Below are positions 9,424 through 19,890 of a stretch of DNA of 64,000 nucleotides, piece after piece. A program made the position numbers and the translations under genes. Source of the stretch: Candidatus Latescibacterota bacterium (GTDB lineage: Bacteria; Latescibacterota; UBA2968); NCBI GenBank assembly GCA_965116885.1, contig OZ220741.1, positions 224,001 to 288,000 of the forward strand. The letters run 5' to 3'. Under the pieces are notes generated by a model. The model was not told the origin of the DNA. It worked only from the letters and a program-made list of their open reading frames with translations, and made no database searches. Numbering within the stretch: position 1 is the first letter of the stretch; each line of letters starts with the position of its first letter.

Positions 9424-11763
9424 CTACGGATTCAACTCCAATCTGCTCTGTAAATTCCCCACTATATCTTCCCAATCCATCAGCAGGGGATGGTATTCAT
9501 CGGCGGCCCACAACTCGGACTGCATCCGATAATTCGGGCTGAGCGGATGTCCCGACTGTCCGCCAGCCGCCGTCGCCATACTCTGCGCCGGATTGCTCAT
9601 ATCCACCACCATCCGATAGGTCGAAAGCGAACCAACCTCAAACAGCTTGCCAAAATTATACCCCGTCGCGCGCACAGTTCCCGTACTCCCCGACGACTCA
9701 AAAGGCCCCACATCAAACATCTTTGACAACGCCCCGCCATCACTCAAGGGATGCCGAAAAGTTACAGTGTGCAACCTGCCCCAGCGCCACTGCGACTTTC
9801 GCGGACCCACGCGTCGGCGCAACCAATCGAGCGCATCGCCCAATGCCGCATGCACCTCCCCATCCAGATCCCAATCATCTGGCGTCCACTCCAACGCCTG
9901 GCCCGTCAACACCTGCCGCGCCACACTACCACCTCGCCCCACCACCAGTTGAGCCACCTGCTCGGGAAAGCGAACTCGCACCACCCGCCGCACCCAATGC
10001 TCCCAAAATGCCGTAAACACCGTAGCGGCAATCGAATCAACCGAATACGCGCCATCCCATTCGCGCAATAACTCACCCAGATCGCGCAAGCGTTTATTTC
10101 CCGCTCTCAGTGCAATCCCTGCAACAATCGGCGCCAGGTCTTCCCCCCGCCCGTGTACGACATCGGCATGAATAGCACCCGTACTCTCCTGCGTATGTAT
10201 CTCCAACGCCTCAATACGCGCCCTAATCCGCCGAAACCGGTACCCGTCCGACCACGAACCCAGCGACAGATAAGGACCTCGCCCACCCCATGGTGGATTA
10301 TTTGCCGTCGCCACCCAATTGCGCTCGGGATCCACCAGATGCGGCAACTCGTCAAAAGCATGCGGCGCACCCCATTCGCAATCCGGATCATTCGCCTGGC
10401 GGAACCCAAAATCCCCCACCTTGCGCGTTGGCACATGCCCAACCACATGATATCCAAGCCTTCCATCGGAATCGGCAAACACAAAATTCAAAATGGGCAT
10501 CGGCCATTGTGCGAGCGCATCCAAAACCTCTGCGACATTTTTTGACCGCATCAGCCCCAGCATCGCCTCAAACCCCGTAGTCGCCTCAGACCCTATCCAG
10601 CGCATAGACAATTGCTCCCCATCACCTACAGCAGGCACAAACTCATTGACAACCGGACCCCGACGAGATCGGCGAATCACCAGCACATCCGCTGCGGCAT
10701 CGCGCACCGGAATCGCCTGATCCTCCACCTCAAACGGACGCCAGGCATCGCCATCCAGATACAAACTCTCATCCTCCGCCGACACCTCTTCAACGTACAA
10801 ATCCCGCACCGAAGCCGAGTGATTGGTCACACCCCACGCCGTATCGCGCGTATGCCCCAGATAAATACCCGGCGTCCCCAAAAAAAACGCACCCACAGCA
10901 TCCATACCCGGCGCGCGCACCTGTGCCTGATACCACTGCCTGCACAAACTCACATCATTGTGCGGATCCGTTGCCAGCACGGGCTTGCCATTCTCTGTCC
11001 GCTCCCCCCCAATCACCCAATTATTGCTGCCAATCCCCGTATCGTATCCCCCCACACCAGCCGGTTCATCAGACGGAACAATGGTTTCTTCTGAAGCCTC
11101 TGTAGTCAAAAACAAATCGAACAAATCGGGAGGCAAATAGCGTTTGGCCGCCTCATTCACCGCAACCGCACTCAGCCGTCCCGTCAGCATCCACCACCGC
11201 CATTTCCATATCGCAATCGAATCCACCACCGTCCACGGCGCGGGATCGTAATCCAGCAAATCAAACTCGATACAACGCCGATCACCCATCGCTTCCATCC
11301 ACGCATTGATACCGCCGCCCAGCGACTGCAACACCATCTTCACCTCATCCGACATCGCCGAAGCTGCCCCCTGTGCCGCGCGCGTCAAACCAATCGTTCG
11401 ATGCAAGCGATCCTGCGCCAGACAATCCACTCCCAAAATCTCCGACAATTGCCCGTGTGCCAACCGCCGCATATAATCCATCTGCCACAGCCGATCCTGT
11501 GCCATAGCATATCCCAACGCAGTAAAACAATCCGCCATCGACGCCGCCTCGATATGCGCCACACCCCACCGGTCGCGCAACACCGTCACCGGCTGATCCA
11601 CCGGTGCTTTGACCGTCTCCTGCGCTTCGGGCAATTTCTGGCGCAAAAACCGCCGTTGAAAATCCCGAAACGACCGGTGCGAAATACCCAATTGATCGGC
11701 TGCCTCATCAACAGTTATCTCACCGCGCATCGCCTGCATCAAACAAGTTTTTCGATCTGCCAT
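9424..11763 (-). CDS. Penicillin acylase family (Ntn hydrolase) with an HTH-like N-terminal extension
   Basis: RDRWGVAHI, GYAMAQDRLWQM, GSNNW nucleophile site, DPH, GQSGHP.SP.Y; N-terminal ITVDEAADQLGISHR. Confidence 0.9.
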   Translation of the reverse strand: MADRKTCLMQAMRGEITVDEAADQLGISHRSFRDFQRRFLRQKLPEAQETVKAPVDQPVTVLRDRWGVAHIEAASMADCFTALGYAMAQDRLWQMDYMRRLAHGQLSEILGVDCLAQDRLHRTIGLTRAAQGAASAMSDEVKMVLQSLGGGINAWMEAMGDRRCIEFDLLDYDPAPWTVVDSIAIWKWRWWMLTGRLSAVAVNEAAKRYLPPDLFDLFLTTEASEETIVPSDEPAGVGGYDTGIGSNNWVIGGERTENGKPVLATDPHNDVSLCRQWYQAQVRAPGMDAVGAFFLGTPGIYLGHTRDTAWGVTNHSASVRDLYVEEVSAEDESLYLDGDAWRPFEVEDQAIPVRDAAADVLVIRRSRRGPVVNEFVPAVGDGEQLSMRWIGSEATTGFEAMLGLMRSKNVAEVLDALAQWPMPILNFVFADSDGRLGYHVVGHVPTRKVGDFGFRQANDPDCEWGAPHAFDELPHLVDPERNWVATANNPPWGGRGPYLSLGSWSDGYRFRRIRARIEALEIHTQESTGAIHADVVHGRGEDLAPIVAGIALRAGNKRLRDLGELLREWDGAYSVDSIAATVFTAFWEHWVRRVVRVRFPEQVAQLVVGRGGSVARQVLTGQALEWTPDDWDLDGEVHAALGDALDWLRRRVGPRKSQWRWGRLHTVTFRHPLSDGGALSKMFDVGPFESSGSTGTVRATGYNFGKLFEVGSLSTYRMVVDMSNPAQSMATAAGGQSGHPLSPNYRMQSELWAADEYHPLLMDWEDIVGNLQSRLELNP

Positions 11764-11784
11764 AGTCCCTCCAATACCTCAATC

Positions 11785-13242
11785 TCACCGTTCGCGATAA
11801 GGATTGGAACCCGGATCGTACCACGCGAACAATCGCTCCTGTAAATCCGCGCAAATACCTGCAAAATCTCGATTATCAATCAAATTGATACACTCGCCCG
11901 GATCACTTTCCAAATCGTATAATTCATGTTGCGAACCCCCATCATTATAAACGTACTTAAACCGTTCAGCCCGCACCATATATTGGGGCACATGAGAGCG
12001 CAAACCATGCTCGGAAAACGCGGCATCGGGACCCTGAGTATCGGGATCGCGCACAATACTGGCAAAACTCTCCGCGTCCATTGTCTCGCGAGCACCTTCA
12101 AAATCCATCAGCGTCGTCCGATCGGGCGCCGACAACCCGCACAACTCTGAAAGCGTGGGATACAGCCCAAAATATTCGGTCAACGCAGAAGCCACCCGAT
12201 CCTCTGGAAAACGAGAAGGACAACTCACAATCAAAGGCACCTTCACCGCAGGCTCAAACATACAAAACTTCTGATACAACCCGTGCTCACCGCCCATCTC
12301 GCCGTGATCCGAAGTATAGACCACAATCGTATCTTCCACCAGCCCCAACTCCTCCAACCCATCCAGCACGCGCCCAATACAATAATCGACAAAAGATAGA
12401 TTGCCCATATACCCCGCCTTATGCGCCCGAAGCCGCTTTTCACCCATACCCTGCGTCCTATCAATGCGCTGTTGAATATGCCTCGGATACTGCGAACTAT
12501 CCCCCACCTCCACCAGATCTATCGATCCCGGCGAAAACTGCTCTGCCCATTCGCGCGGCGGATAAAAAGGCGGATGGGGCTTCATAAAACTCGCCACCAG
12601 AAAAAACGGCTGATCGCGATATTCGCGCATAAACTTCACAGACTCGCGCGCCACAAACATATCCAGATGATCCTCGGCATCCAACGGCGAAGCCGTGCTC
12701 GAAAAATCCCACCGAGCCACATTGCCCGCCCATGGACTTGCGCCATCCCACAGCACCGACACATCGGGAAACCCACTACCCGTATCAAAAACCGAATTGA
12801 AAAACCCCTCGCCTATCGCGTGATTGGCAATCTCATTCGCATAATGCCCGACCTTTGGCCCCAAATACATCAACCAATCGTTGATCGACAAATACGACGC
12901 AAAACCGTGATTATGTGCATCGTTAAAATGCATCTTACCGATCAAACTCGTCAAATATCCATGATCCGCAAAATGATGTGCCACCGTGCGATACCGCCAA
13001 TCCAGCCGATCACTATTGTTAATTGCCCCCGTATTATGTGCGTACAAACCCGTCAACAGCGACATACGCGAAGCCGTACACACCGGATAGGGACAATAGG
13101 CATTCTCAAACCGCACCCCCCGCGCAGCCACGCGATCTATCATCGGCGTAGGCACCGTATTATTCCCGGCACACGTCATCCAATCCGCGCGGTGTTGATC
13201 GCTCATCAAAATGAGAACATTGGGACGATTATTATAATCCAA
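11785..13242 (-). CDS. Sulfatase
   Basis: PNVLILMSDQHR, CTASR formylglycine motif, GKMH, SDHGE. TTG start at 13242 follows AAGGAGG. Confidence 0.9.
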   Translation of the reverse strand: MDYNNRPNVLILMSDQHRADWMTCAGNNTVPTPMIDRVAARGVRFENAYCPYPVCTASRMSLLTGLYAHNTGAINNSDRLDWRYRTVAHHFADHGYLTSLIGKMHFNDAHNHGFASYLSINDWLMYLGPKVGHYANEIANHAIGEGFFNSVFDTGSGFPDVSVLWDGASPWAGNVARWDFSSTASPLDAEDHLDMFVARESVKFMREYRDQPFFLVASFMKPHPPFYPPREWAEQFSPGSIDLVEVGDSSQYPRHIQQRIDRTQGMGEKRLRAHKAGYMGNLSFVDYCIGRVLDGLEELGLVEDTIVVYTSDHGEMGGEHGLYQKFCMFEPAVKVPLIVSCPSRFPEDRVASALTEYFGLYPTLSELCGLSAPDRTTLMDFEGARETMDAESFASIVRDPDTQGPDAAFSEHGLRSHVPQYMVRAERFKYVYNDGGSQHELYDLESDPGECINLIDNRDFAGICADLQERLFAWYDPGSNPYRER

Positions 13243-13261
13243 GATATGACCTCCTTCTGCA

Positions 13262-14089
13262 TTACTTCTCTTCAGGCACTTCGACCGGCAAATCCAGCCG
13301 GTCACCCCACTCTTTCCACGACCCGATATAATTTCGGACCTTTTCATACCCCAGCAACCGCAATGCCAGGTACGTTTGGGAAGAGCGGTACCCGCCCTGT
13401 CAGTAAGGCACGATTTCCTTATCGGGCGAAATCCCCACGGCCTCGTACATCGCCCGCAATTCATCCGCAGGCTTAAACGCCCCCATCTCATCCAGATTAT
13501 TCACATACTCAACATGCACAGCACCTGGAATAGCCCCCCCTCGCGCAGCCCGCACATTGCGCCCGAAATACTCATCATCACCCCGCGTATCCAGAGGCAC
13601 AACATCCTCGCGCCCCAAAAGACCATTTAAAACATCGGCCCCCATGTGACGCCCCGGCACCGCCTCTGCGACAAACTCCGCGGGCGCGACCTCCTCGCAA
13701 TCCGTCGTCAATTCATAGCCCATAGCCGTCCAGGCATTGCATCCCCCATCCAGCACGCGCACATCGGGATGCCCCAGATATTCACAAATCCAAAAACCCC
13801 GCGACGCGCGCACCCCGGAATCATCCTCGTACCAGACCACCGTCTTATCCGTACCAATACCCCGGTTACTAAACAAATAACCGAGCATCCACATAAACGC
13901 ATCAAAAGCCTGTTCGCGAGTATCGTTCAAACTGATCGAATAAAGATCCAGATGAATCGCACCCGGAATATGCCCGGCGTGATATGCATGCGTCGGCCGC
14001 GTATCCACAATACAGACATCGGCAGCCCTCTCCTGCAAATCCCTCGGCGAAATCAACAACTCGGGATTCGCATACCCTTTATCGCTCAT
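13262..14089 (-). CDS. Two-domain rhodanese/sulfurtransferase, probable selenoprotein (Sec at the catalytic position)
   Basis: GHIPGA and GAIPGA motifs. TGA at 13400-13402 reads [50 protein letters not shown], which restores the C-terminal rhodanese signature. RBS AGGAGG. Confidence 0.88.
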
Positions 14090-14100
14090 TTTCACCTCCT

Positions 14101-14238
14101 TAAAAGTTGTCTTAGAACTCATTCTGACCCCTCCCCCGGCCCCTCCCCGAAACGGGGAGGGGAGACCTGGTTCCCCCCTTCCTCTCAGGAAGGGGGGTTA
14201 GGGGGGTAGGTCCCAATAATTTTAAAATAGCTTCTTAA
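14101..14238. mobile_element. MITE/REP-like element, copy 1
   Basis: Near-identical to 22172-22305; internal hairpins CCCCTCCCCGAAACGGGGAGGGG and CCCCCCTTCCTCTCAGGAAGGGGGG; degenerate terminal inverted repeats. Confidence 0.75.
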
Positions 14239-14330
14239 ACCCGAACTAAAAACCAGCTTATGTGTTCTACTACTTGACAATATTGCACATCAGTATCCAT
14301 ATTTAACGCCTAAACTTCAGGAGACACTAT

Positions 14331-15197
14331 ATGAAAGGCATCTTACTCGCAGGTGGGGCTGGCACCCGCCTCTATCCCATCACGCGCGTGGTCAGCAAAC
14401 AACTCCAGCCCGTTTACGACAAACCCATGATCTACTATCCCCTCTCCGTCCTCATGCTGGCCGGTATCCGCGATATATTGATCATCTCCACACCCCATGA
14501 CCTGCCCCTCTATCGGCGATTATTCGACGACGGCTCCCATCTCGGCCTCAACATCACATACGCCGAACAACCGCGCCCCGAAGGCGTTGCCCAATCATTT
14601 GTGATCGGAAGCGATTTTATAGGCACCGATCCCGTCTGCTTAATCTTCGGCGACAACATCTTCTACGGCCACGGCCTCGGCGCAATATTAGATCGAGCCG
14701 GACAACTCACCAGAGGCGGCCTCATCTTCGGATACTCAGTAACCGACCCCGAGCGATATGGCGTCATCGAATTTGACAGCAAAGGCCGTATCATTGGCAT
14801 AGAAGAAAAACCCAAACACCCCAAATCGCGCTACGCCGTTCCCGGCCTCTATTTTTACGACAACCAGGTCGTTGACATTGCCCGCAACCTCACGCCTTCA
14901 GCGCGCGGAGAATACGAAATCACCGATGTAAACGAAGAATACCTCAAACGCCAACAACTCGAAGTCGAACTCCTCGGCCGCGGGTATTGCTGGCTCGACA
15001 CCGGCACATTTGAATCGCTTCACCAGGCATCGGGATTTGTCCAGGCAATACAGGAACGCCAGGGCCTCAAAATTGCGTGCATCGAAGAAATCGCCTATCG
15101 CCGGGGATACATCAACGCCGCACAACTCGAACAACTCGCGCAAACCATGGCGCAAAACAGCTACGGCCAATTCCTCCTATCGGTCCTGAACGAATAG
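14331..15197 (+). CDS. rfbA: Glucose-1-phosphate thymidylyltransferase
   Basis: [49 protein letters not shown]. Confidence 0.97.
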   Translation: MKGILLAGGAGTRLYPITRVVSKQLQPVYDKPMIYYPLSVLMLAGIRDILIISTPHDLPLYRRLFDDGSHLGLNITYAEQPRPEGVAQSFVIGSDFIGTDPVCLIFGDNIFYGHGLGAILDRAGQLTRGGLIFGYSVTDPERYGVIEFDSKGRIIGIEEKPKHPKSRYAVPGLYFYDNQVVDIARNLTPSARGEYEITDVNEEYLKRQQLEVELLGRGYCWLDTGTFESLHQASGFVQAIQERQGLKIACIEEIAYRRGYINAAQLEQLAQTMAQNSYGQFLLSVLNE

Positions 15198-15208
15198 ACG
15201 AGAAAAGC

Positions 15209-15278
15209 GCGAATAGACGAATAGACGAACCCCACCCAACCACCCAACGGGCGGGCACAGGGGCACCGCCCCTACATT
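15209..15278. repeat. Composite repeat: GAATAGAC tandem + family-A REP
   Basis: Same composite at 23774-23845 and 50621-50685. Its CTA supplies the stop codon of the convergent amidase gene. Confidence 0.8.
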
Positions 15279-18079
15279 ACTATCGGATGCAGCGCGTGCC
15301 AATCGGTAGCTTGTTCATAGGCTCGTGCAACAGCGAGAATCGTCGCCTCATCGTACAAATTGCCCAAAAAAGTCAACCCTCTCGGCGTACCCTCGGCAAA
15401 CCCACACGGCAAAATCACCGCGGGATGACCCGTCAAATTGGTCACAGCCAAACTCGTCCTTCCACCGCGCGGCACCAGCACCGCATCCCAGTCTTGCATC
15501 ACCTGTGCCACATCGCGCATCAGCAAATTCCGCAAACGCTGCGCCCGCAAATACTCCACAGCCGTCACCGCGCGTGCCGCCCGAAAAGTATTGGGCCACG
15601 AACTCTTATCCGCCTCCGTCATCACATCCAATTCTCCGCGCAGAGTCGCATCGTCAAACATCGCGGAAGCCTCAACCCGCAGCACCATCGCAATCGCATC
15701 CGCCGGATAATCCGGCAATGAAACGGGTTGTAAATCAGCGCCCAAACCGCGCATCACGTCCAGCGCAGCGGCATAAACACCAGTGGGATCTTCGCCCTCT
15801 GCCTCCTTCCGAAACTCAGACGCCAGATATCCAATCCGCAACCCGGACAAATCCACATCGGGACACCAGTTAAACGGCGCATCCACCACCGAACGATCCT
15901 TTCCATCCGATCCACAAATCGCGTGAAACACCGCAGCACAATCCTCTACACTGCGGCACATAGGACCCAATTTATCCATTGTCCAGCTCAGCGCCATCGC
16001 CCCATAGCGGCTCACCCGCCCATAAGTCGGGCGCAACCCCACCACGCCGCATGTGTGACTGGGCGAAACAATAGAACCCTGCGTTTCAGACCCGATACTG
16101 AACCCCACCAATCCCGCCGCAGTTGCCGCGCCAGACCCGGCTGACGACCCGCTCGATCCCATCTCGGTATCCCACGGATTGCGCGTCATACCCTCAAACC
16201 ACGTCGGCCCCGACGCCAGCGCGCCCAGTGACAACTTGGCAACCAGCACAGCACCCGCCTGTCTCAATTTTTTCACCACACTCGCATCCTCATCCGGCAC
16301 CCGATCTCTAAACGGCGTGGCCCCCCACGTCGTGCGAATACCCTGTGTACTCAACAAATCTTTCGCGCCCCAGGGAATACCGTGCAACGGACCTCTATAA
16401 TCGCCCTTTGCAATCTCCGCTTCAGCGGCTTTTGCCTGTTCCATCGCCAGATCTTCTGTCAGCGTAACCACACACTTCAATTTCTCCCCATAACGCGCAA
16501 GGCGATCCAGGTACAACCGCGTCAACTCAACCGGTGAAATCTCCCTCTGCACAATCAAACGCGCCAGAGAACTCGCTGGCAAAAAAGCCAACTCATCATC
16601 GGCATCTGGCCGCGCAATATTGGCGTCACTCAGCGCAAACGGCTGCTGTTCGCCCTCGGGCACATCCCCCGGCACAAACACCAGAGGTGGCTCCACGTCA
16701 TACCCCACCGACACATTGCGTAAAGCAGCATATTGCCGCCCCTGCCTTTCAATTTGCCCCCGTACCTTTTGCCATTGCGCCCTGGAAAATGGCAACCGGG
16801 CAACATCTCCCAATCCCGACACCGCGCGATCCACCAGTGCATTCTCGCGCTCGGCAACCTCGTCCAAAAACACATGCCGAATTTCCGTATCGATATCCGG
16901 GCTGCATCCCTCACCTTTTTCACCGTGCGTGTACAAAAGCTGGGGAACCCCGATCTTGTTCTCGGATGTCGCACAACGCTCCAAACTCGGCAACCAATCC
17001 GACACCGTCTCATCCTCCGGCGAAACCCGATACGCCCGCCAGGTCTCCCCCACATCCCGTGAAGTAAACAACACAATAGCATTTGTCGGATCGGCCCAAT
17101 GCCCGCCGCGCTTACACACCACACCCGCCGCGTACAGCACCCCATCCTTTGACACACTCAACACACACCGATCTGATATCGCACACCGCCCAAAAACTTT
17201 CTCAGCCAAAGGCAAAAAAGACTTCCGCTCCCATTTCCCCCTTTGCCAGCGATACAAAAACGTCTCCTCAAACTCGCCCTCTCGCCGGTTCAACGTAAAA
17301 AGCACCACATCGCCCGCACAGGTCACCACATTGCCAATGCGAACATCGAACCCATCGCTGTATTCAATCACACACGGAGAATCCGGCGTCACGGGCAAGT
17401 CGAGCCTCTCCCCCGCCACAGTCTCCCATGTCTCACCCCAATCGCGCGACCGCATAATGCCAAACCCGCGGCCCTTTGTATCCCCCGGATTATCCTCATT
17501 GCTCCGCGCCAGGTGAAAAGACAAATACAGCACATCCCCCTCAATATGGATACAATTCTCAAGATGCACATAAGCTGGCGGACCCAGAGGGTCAACCAAC
17601 TTCACCGGCACTGACCAATCTCCATCCACAGACCGCTTCTGATAAAACAGACCCCAGGGCCGCTCGCGCTGATATGCCCCCCGATAACACGCATGCAACA
17701 CATCGCGCGCATCACACACCAGACTGGGATACGTCGCATTCACACCGCCAAAAGGAGAAAGGATTCTCCACGAGGACGCATCATTGGGACGCACACTCAC
17801 CGCGTGTTGCATCGGATTGTGATGCGGACCAAACGCGAGATAGAGAAACCCCTTCGAATCCATAGTCATCGCCGCGCCCGCGTGATTATCAACCCCATCC
17901 GCCACAAAAACAGGATCGCTCCACACTTTCGCCTCGTGACAATACGTCGCCACATACGTCTTGTGAATCTGATCCAGCCACACCACATGCGTCTTGCCCT
18001 CATGCGCAATAATTTTATTGCTCATCCCATAAGCCGTGCCGCGCGTCGAGCCAGTCTTTGACAAAACAGTGTATTCCAT
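15272..18079 (-). CDS. Fusion of a BNR/Asp-box beta-propeller domain and an amidase-signature domain
   Basis: SRDWGETW and SRDVGETW Asp-boxes in the N-terminal half; GPLHGIPWGAKD, GSSGSSAGS, IGSETQGSI in the C-terminal half. Confidence 0.85.
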   Translation of the reverse strand: MEYTVLSKTGSTRGTAYGMSNKIIAHEGKTHVVWLDQIHKTYVATYCHEAKVWSDPVFVADGVDNHAGAAMTMDSKGFLYLAFGPHHNPMQHAVSVRPNDASSWRILSPFGGVNATYPSLVCDARDVLHACYRGAYQRERPWGLFYQKRSVDGDWSVPVKLVDPLGPPAYVHLENCIHIEGDVLYLSFHLARSNEDNPGDTKGRGFGIMRSRDWGETWETVAGERLDLPVTPDSPCVIEYSDGFDVRIGNVVTCAGDVVLFTLNRREGEFEETFLYRWQRGKWERKSFLPLAEKVFGRCAISDRCVLSVSKDGVLYAAGVVCKRGGHWADPTNAIVLFTSRDVGETWRAYRVSPEDETVSDWLPSLERCATSENKIGVPQLLYTHGEKGEGCSPDIDTEIRHVFLDEVAERENALVDRAVSGLGDVARLPFSRAQWQKVRGQIERQGRQYAALRNVSVGYDVEPPLVFVPGDVPEGEQQPFALSDANIARPDADDELAFLPASSLARLIVQREISPVELTRLYLDRLARYGEKLKCVVTLTEDLAMEQAKAAEAEIAKGDYRGPLHGIPWGAKDLLSTQGIRTTWGATPFRDRVPDEDASVVKKLRQAGAVLVAKLSLGALASGPTWFEGMTRNPWDTEMGSSGSSAGSGAATAAGLVGFSIGSETQGSIVSPSHTCGVVGLRPTYGRVSRYGAMALSWTMDKLGPMCRSVEDCAAVFHAICGSDGKDRSVVDAPFNWCPDVDLSGLRIGYLASEFRKEAEGEDPTGVYAAALDVMRGLGADLQPVSLPDYPADAIAMVLRVEASAMFDDATLRGELDVMTEADKSSWPNTFRAARAVTAVEYLRAQRLRNLLMRDVAQVMQDWDAVLVPRGGRTSLAVTNLTGHPAVILPCGFAEGTPRGLTFLGNLYDEATILAVARAYEQATDWHALHPIVM

Positions 18080-18160
18080 AACACAACCCCTCGGTATTGT
18101 TGCGTTCTTCCCGACGACCTGCTATAATAGACACCATCCACTTTATCTGAAAGGGAAGAA

Positions 18161-18988
18161 ATGTCCAATCTCAAAAACAAAGTCGCCCTGATAACCGGTG
18201 CCGGTGGTGAACACGGAATCGGACGTGCAATAGCGTTGCGCTTCGCGCGAGAAGGCGCCGATATTGTTATCTGTGATATAGATGCAAATGCCCGCGGCGA
18301 CTGGGCTGGATTGCCCGCAGTTGCCGAAGAAATCAAAGCGATGGGACGCCGGGTTCTCGCAACAGAAGTCGATGTAACCAGCGCAGATCAAGTCGAACAA
18401 ATGGTGAACACTGCACTCGCGCGCTTTGGCAAAATCGACATCCTCGTCAACAACGCGGGTGCCCCCGCAGGACCGGACCGCGTACCCGTTTCCGAATTAG
18501 AAGAAGACGTCTTCGACCACGTTCAACGCGTAAATGTCAAAGGCACCTTCTTGTGTTCCCGCGCCGTTGTTCGCCACCTCATCAAACGGAACAACGGGGG
18601 CAAAATCATCAACATCTCATCAACTGCGGGCCTGCGCGGAATCGCCAGATTCGCGGCCTATTGCTCTTCAAAATTTGCCGTCATAGGATTCACGCAATGC
18701 CTCGCCCATGAAATGGGACCCTACGGCATCCAGGTCAACGCAATCTGCCCCGGCCTCATTGAAACCGAACGCCTGCACGGCATAGCCAGCGGATTAAAAC
18801 CCAGCGGAACATCAATCGAAAACTTTAGAGCGCAAATGGTCGAGCGCTCCTCTCAGAACAATCCACTCGGACGCATTGGACAGCCAGAAGATGTTGCAAA
18901 CCTCGCTGCATTTTTGGCCTCTCCCGATGGCGATTACATGACCGGACAGGCAATCAGCATATCGGGCGGAGCGGCCATGGTGCGTTAG
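18161..18988 (+). CDS. SDR family oxidoreductase
   Basis: TGAGG..GIG, NNAG, YCSSK, VNAICPG. Confidence 0.93.
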   Translation: MSNLKNKVALITGAGGEHGIGRAIALRFAREGADIVICDIDANARGDWAGLPAVAEEIKAMGRRVLATEVDVTSADQVEQMVNTALARFGKIDILVNNAGAPAGPDRVPVSELEEDVFDHVQRVNVKGTFLCSRAVVRHLIKRNNGGKIINISSTAGLRGIARFAAYCSSKFAVIGFTQCLAHEMGPYGIQVNAICPGLIETERLHGIASGLKPSGTSIENFRAQMVERSSQNNPLGRIGQPEDVANLAAFLASPDGDYMTGQAISISGGAAMVR

Positions 18989-19031
18989 CCCCAGCAATCA
19001 GCATATCGGGCGGAGCGGCCATGGTGCGTTA
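18950..19031. repeat. 38-bp tandem duplication of the SDR 3' end
   Basis: GCAATCAGCATATCGGGCGGAGCGGCCATGGTGCGTTA at 18950-18987 and 18994-19031. Confidence 0.9.
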
Positions 19032-19865
19032 ATACAAAATGCGCTGATCGCTCAAATCCTTGCCACCGACCGTGCGCGTAAGCGACCCGCCCAAATACTC
19101 CACGACCTCCAAATCTGCCAGCGCATTGACGATATTATACATCGTAGGCAAATCTTCCCAACGCGCGCGGTTCCACGCAATACACCCATCGCCAACCAGG
19201 TGCTCTTCAACCTTTCGGTGTCCTCCCGTCGCTGGCGTAATAACTGGATACGCAATATCCTCCTTACCCCATACGCCCGTTCGCGGCATATACTTATAGT
19301 GAAGTGTTCCATCGACTTTCGCACCACCGCCCTTCGCAGGCGTCGGATCTTCGGATTTTGGCTTCAGATTCGTCACCGAAATATCCAGAAAATTGAACCC
19401 CAACCAACCCGCAACAGCCTGCGCTTCAACGCTCGTAATACGCGGCTCGGGCATCTCGCAATAGATCTTTGAAAATCCGAGTTCCTCGCGCCCGGTAATA
19501 ATCGGATCACAGAGATTCTCCCAGAGCACGGACAGAAAAGGCCCGCGAACATGGTCTCTCGCCCCCTTAAACACCGCCGGAAAAGAAACACCCAGAATAT
19601 TGTAACCGCGCCCTGCCAGCCATTCAATTTCCTTCATATAACTGGCATACACCGACACAACAGGCTCTCCGCCGAGTTCAAAACACTCGGGCAAAAGCGC
19701 CTTGAGTTGCTCCGCATTTGAAAGAAACGACACCGAAATCGAAGTACTCTTCGGATTATCCACACATTCAAATTTGCGACCATCTGGCCCCTGGCGAGGA
19801 CCCATAAGCGGGCCGAAATGCGTGGGCATGCGATACATCTTACCGGGTTGAAATTTATAAGCCAT
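19029..19865 (-). CDS. Acetoacetate decarboxylase family protein
   Basis: YRMP.HFGP, WLAGRGYN, PIITGREELGFSKI (Schiff-base Lys region). Confidence 0.8.
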   Translation of the reverse strand: MAYKFQPGKMYRMPTHFGPLMGPRQGPDGRKFECVDNPKSTSISVSFLSNAEQLKALLPECFELGGEPVVSVYASYMKEIEWLAGRGYNILGVSFPAVFKGARDHVRGPFLSVLWENLCDPIITGREELGFSKIYCEMPEPRITSVEAQAVAGWLGFNFLDISVTNLKPKSEDPTPAKGGGAKVDGTLHYKYMPRTGVWGKEDIAYPVITPATGGHRKVEEHLVGDGCIAWNRARWEDLPTMYNIVNALADLEVVEYLGGSLTRTVGGKDLSDQRILY

Positions 19866-19890
19866 AAAAACTCCTTTTTTGTGTTTTTAC

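Noticed and set aside
13243..13491. N-terminal extension of the sulfatase ORF
   Set aside because: It overlaps the UGA-readthrough end of the rhodanese; an RBS and TTG at 13242 fit better.
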